From a virus (taxonomy: Duplodnaviria; Heunggongvirae; Uroviricota; Caudoviricetes), in the IMG/VR virus record IMGVR_UViG_2654587509_000002: 20,421 nucleotides of DNA. One strand, 5' to 3'. Numbering within the stretch: the stretch's first letter is position 1; every line of letters begins with the position of its first letter. Under the pieces are notes generated by a model. That model ran no database searches and was not told the DNA's origin. It worked only from the letters and a program-made list of their open reading frames with translations. The position numbers were made by a program, and so were the translations under genes. Below are positions 19,700 to 20,421 of this stretch, piece by piece.

Positions 19700-20119
19700 A
19701 TGAAGAGGATTATTGGCGTCGTTGCTGGCGCTATATTGTTATCTGGGTGCGCAACTATTGTTGGTGACGAAACGCAGCTTGTGCAAGTGAACAGCAATCC
19801 TTCCGGTGCGAGCTTTAAGGTAAAAGACGAATCAGGCGTGATTGTTGCGCAAGGTAAGACCCCGCAAGGAGTAACTCTTGCCAAGTCAGATGGTAGTTAT
19901 TTTGGCAAAAAGAGCTACCAGATCACTATGGAGAAGGATGGGTACGAACCAGTTACCCTACCAATCAAAGCCAATGCTAATGGTTGGTATATTGGTGGAA
20001 ATCTTGTGTTTGGTGGGTTAATTGGTTGGCTTGCTGTAGATCCATTTAATGGTGGGATGTATACCTTGAAGCCTAAAGAGGCAAATGCATCCCTTATACC
20101 GTCAACAAAGCAAGACTAA
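19700..20119 (+). CDS. Predicted lipoprotein with a PEGA-like beta domain and a C-terminal glycine-zipper hydrophobic segment
   Basis: MKRIIGVVAGAILLSGC lipobox (Cys +1, Ala +2); NPSGASFKV...GKTPQGVTL...GYEPVTL resembles a PEGA domain; WYIGGNLVFGGLIGWLAV glycine zipper; the ORF-track start at 19688 is also possible. Confidence 0.7.
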   Translation: MKRIIGVVAGAILLSGCATIVGDETQLVQVNSNPSGASFKVKDESGVIVAQGKTPQGVTLAKSDGSYFGKKSYQITMEKDGYEPVTLPIKANANGWYIGGNLVFGGLIGWLAVDPFNGGMYTLKPKEANASLIPSTKQD

Positions 20120-20126
20120 TAAATGG

Positions 20127-20150
20127 AACCCACCATCAGGTGGGTTTTTT
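20127..20150. terminator. Rho-independent terminator between the convergent lipoprotein gene and mnt
   Basis: ACCCACC-atca-GGTGGGT hairpin followed by TTTTTT (20144-20150); the mnt stop codon lies in the loop. Confidence 0.7.
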
Positions 20151-20387
20151 GTACAAATCCTTCAGCGTATCAAACACCATCTTCTTAACAAGTTCGGACT
20201 GCTCATCAGCGATGCGTTCCGCATCGTCTCGATAGCCTGAAATTTTGGATTGCCTTGATACAGCATCAGTCACTATCTGAACTAATTCTGAATTAATAGA
20301 GCGGCCATTGGATTTGGCTCGCTGTTTTAGTTTTTCCTTTAATTTGTAAGGTAGCCGCAGATTAAATTGCGGGTCATCTCTTCCCAT
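20136..20387 (-). CDS. mnt: Mnt repressor (ribbon-helix-helix, Arc/MetJ fold) of a P22-type immI region
   Basis: 83 aa MGRDDPQFNLRLPYKLKEKLKQRAKSNGRSINSELVQIV...DAERIADEQSELVKKMVFDTLKDLYKK, close to P22 Mnt as recalled; transcribed opposite to gene 16, as in P22. Confidence 0.85.
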   Translation of the reverse strand: MGRDDPQFNLRLPYKLKEKLKQRAKSNGRSINSELVQIVTDAVSRQSKISGYRDDAERIADEQSELVKKMVFDTLKDLYKKPT

Positions 20388-20421
20388 TCTTGATGCCTCG
20401 CTTTTGTGAGTGGATCGGCAT

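Noticed and set aside
19663-19884. 73-aa minus-strand ORF
   Set aside because: Antisense to the lipoprotein gene, which has a far better supported product (lipobox signal peptide).
20388-20421. Sequence upstream of mnt ending in ...CAT at the window edge, possibly an operator or the start of another gene
   Set aside because: Too little sequence inside the window to support any call.

Overview
This window is a rearranged, almost certainly defective lambdoid prophage. Calls rest on reading the ORF translations against remembered phage lambda, 434, P22 and IS629 proteins; no search was run.

Layout, left to right:
- 1-59: terminus of an inverted IS629, which cuts the antiterminator gene Q after codon 81.
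- 60-9111, mostly minus strand: lambda-type nin region (ninI phosphatase, ninH, ninG, ninF, ninE, a phage Dam-type adenine methyltransferase, ninB), tR2, ren, P, O with the ori iterons, cII, nutR and 434-type cro.
- Same segment, plus strand: 434-type cI with its three 14-bp OR operators, a secreted-protein gene translationally coupled to cI, OL/nutL, N, sieB (minus), orf28 and ral.
- 9112-11539: a complete IS629 followed directly by a 5'-truncated, diverged second copy.
- 11540-19168: a P22-like virion completion and ejection block (gene 4 fragment, 10, 26, 14, 7, 20, 16), with an HNH endonuclease cassette between 4 and 10.
- 19193-20421: a paralog of the cI-linked secreted protein, a PEGA-like lipoprotein, a terminator and the mnt repressor.

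Lysis, terminase, portal, scaffold and coat genes are absent. The most interesting candidates for undescribed biology are the paralogous secreted proteins sitting at the two classical exclusion loci (the rex position and the sieA position) and the adjacent lipoprotein. No tRNA, rRNA or CRISPR array was seen.
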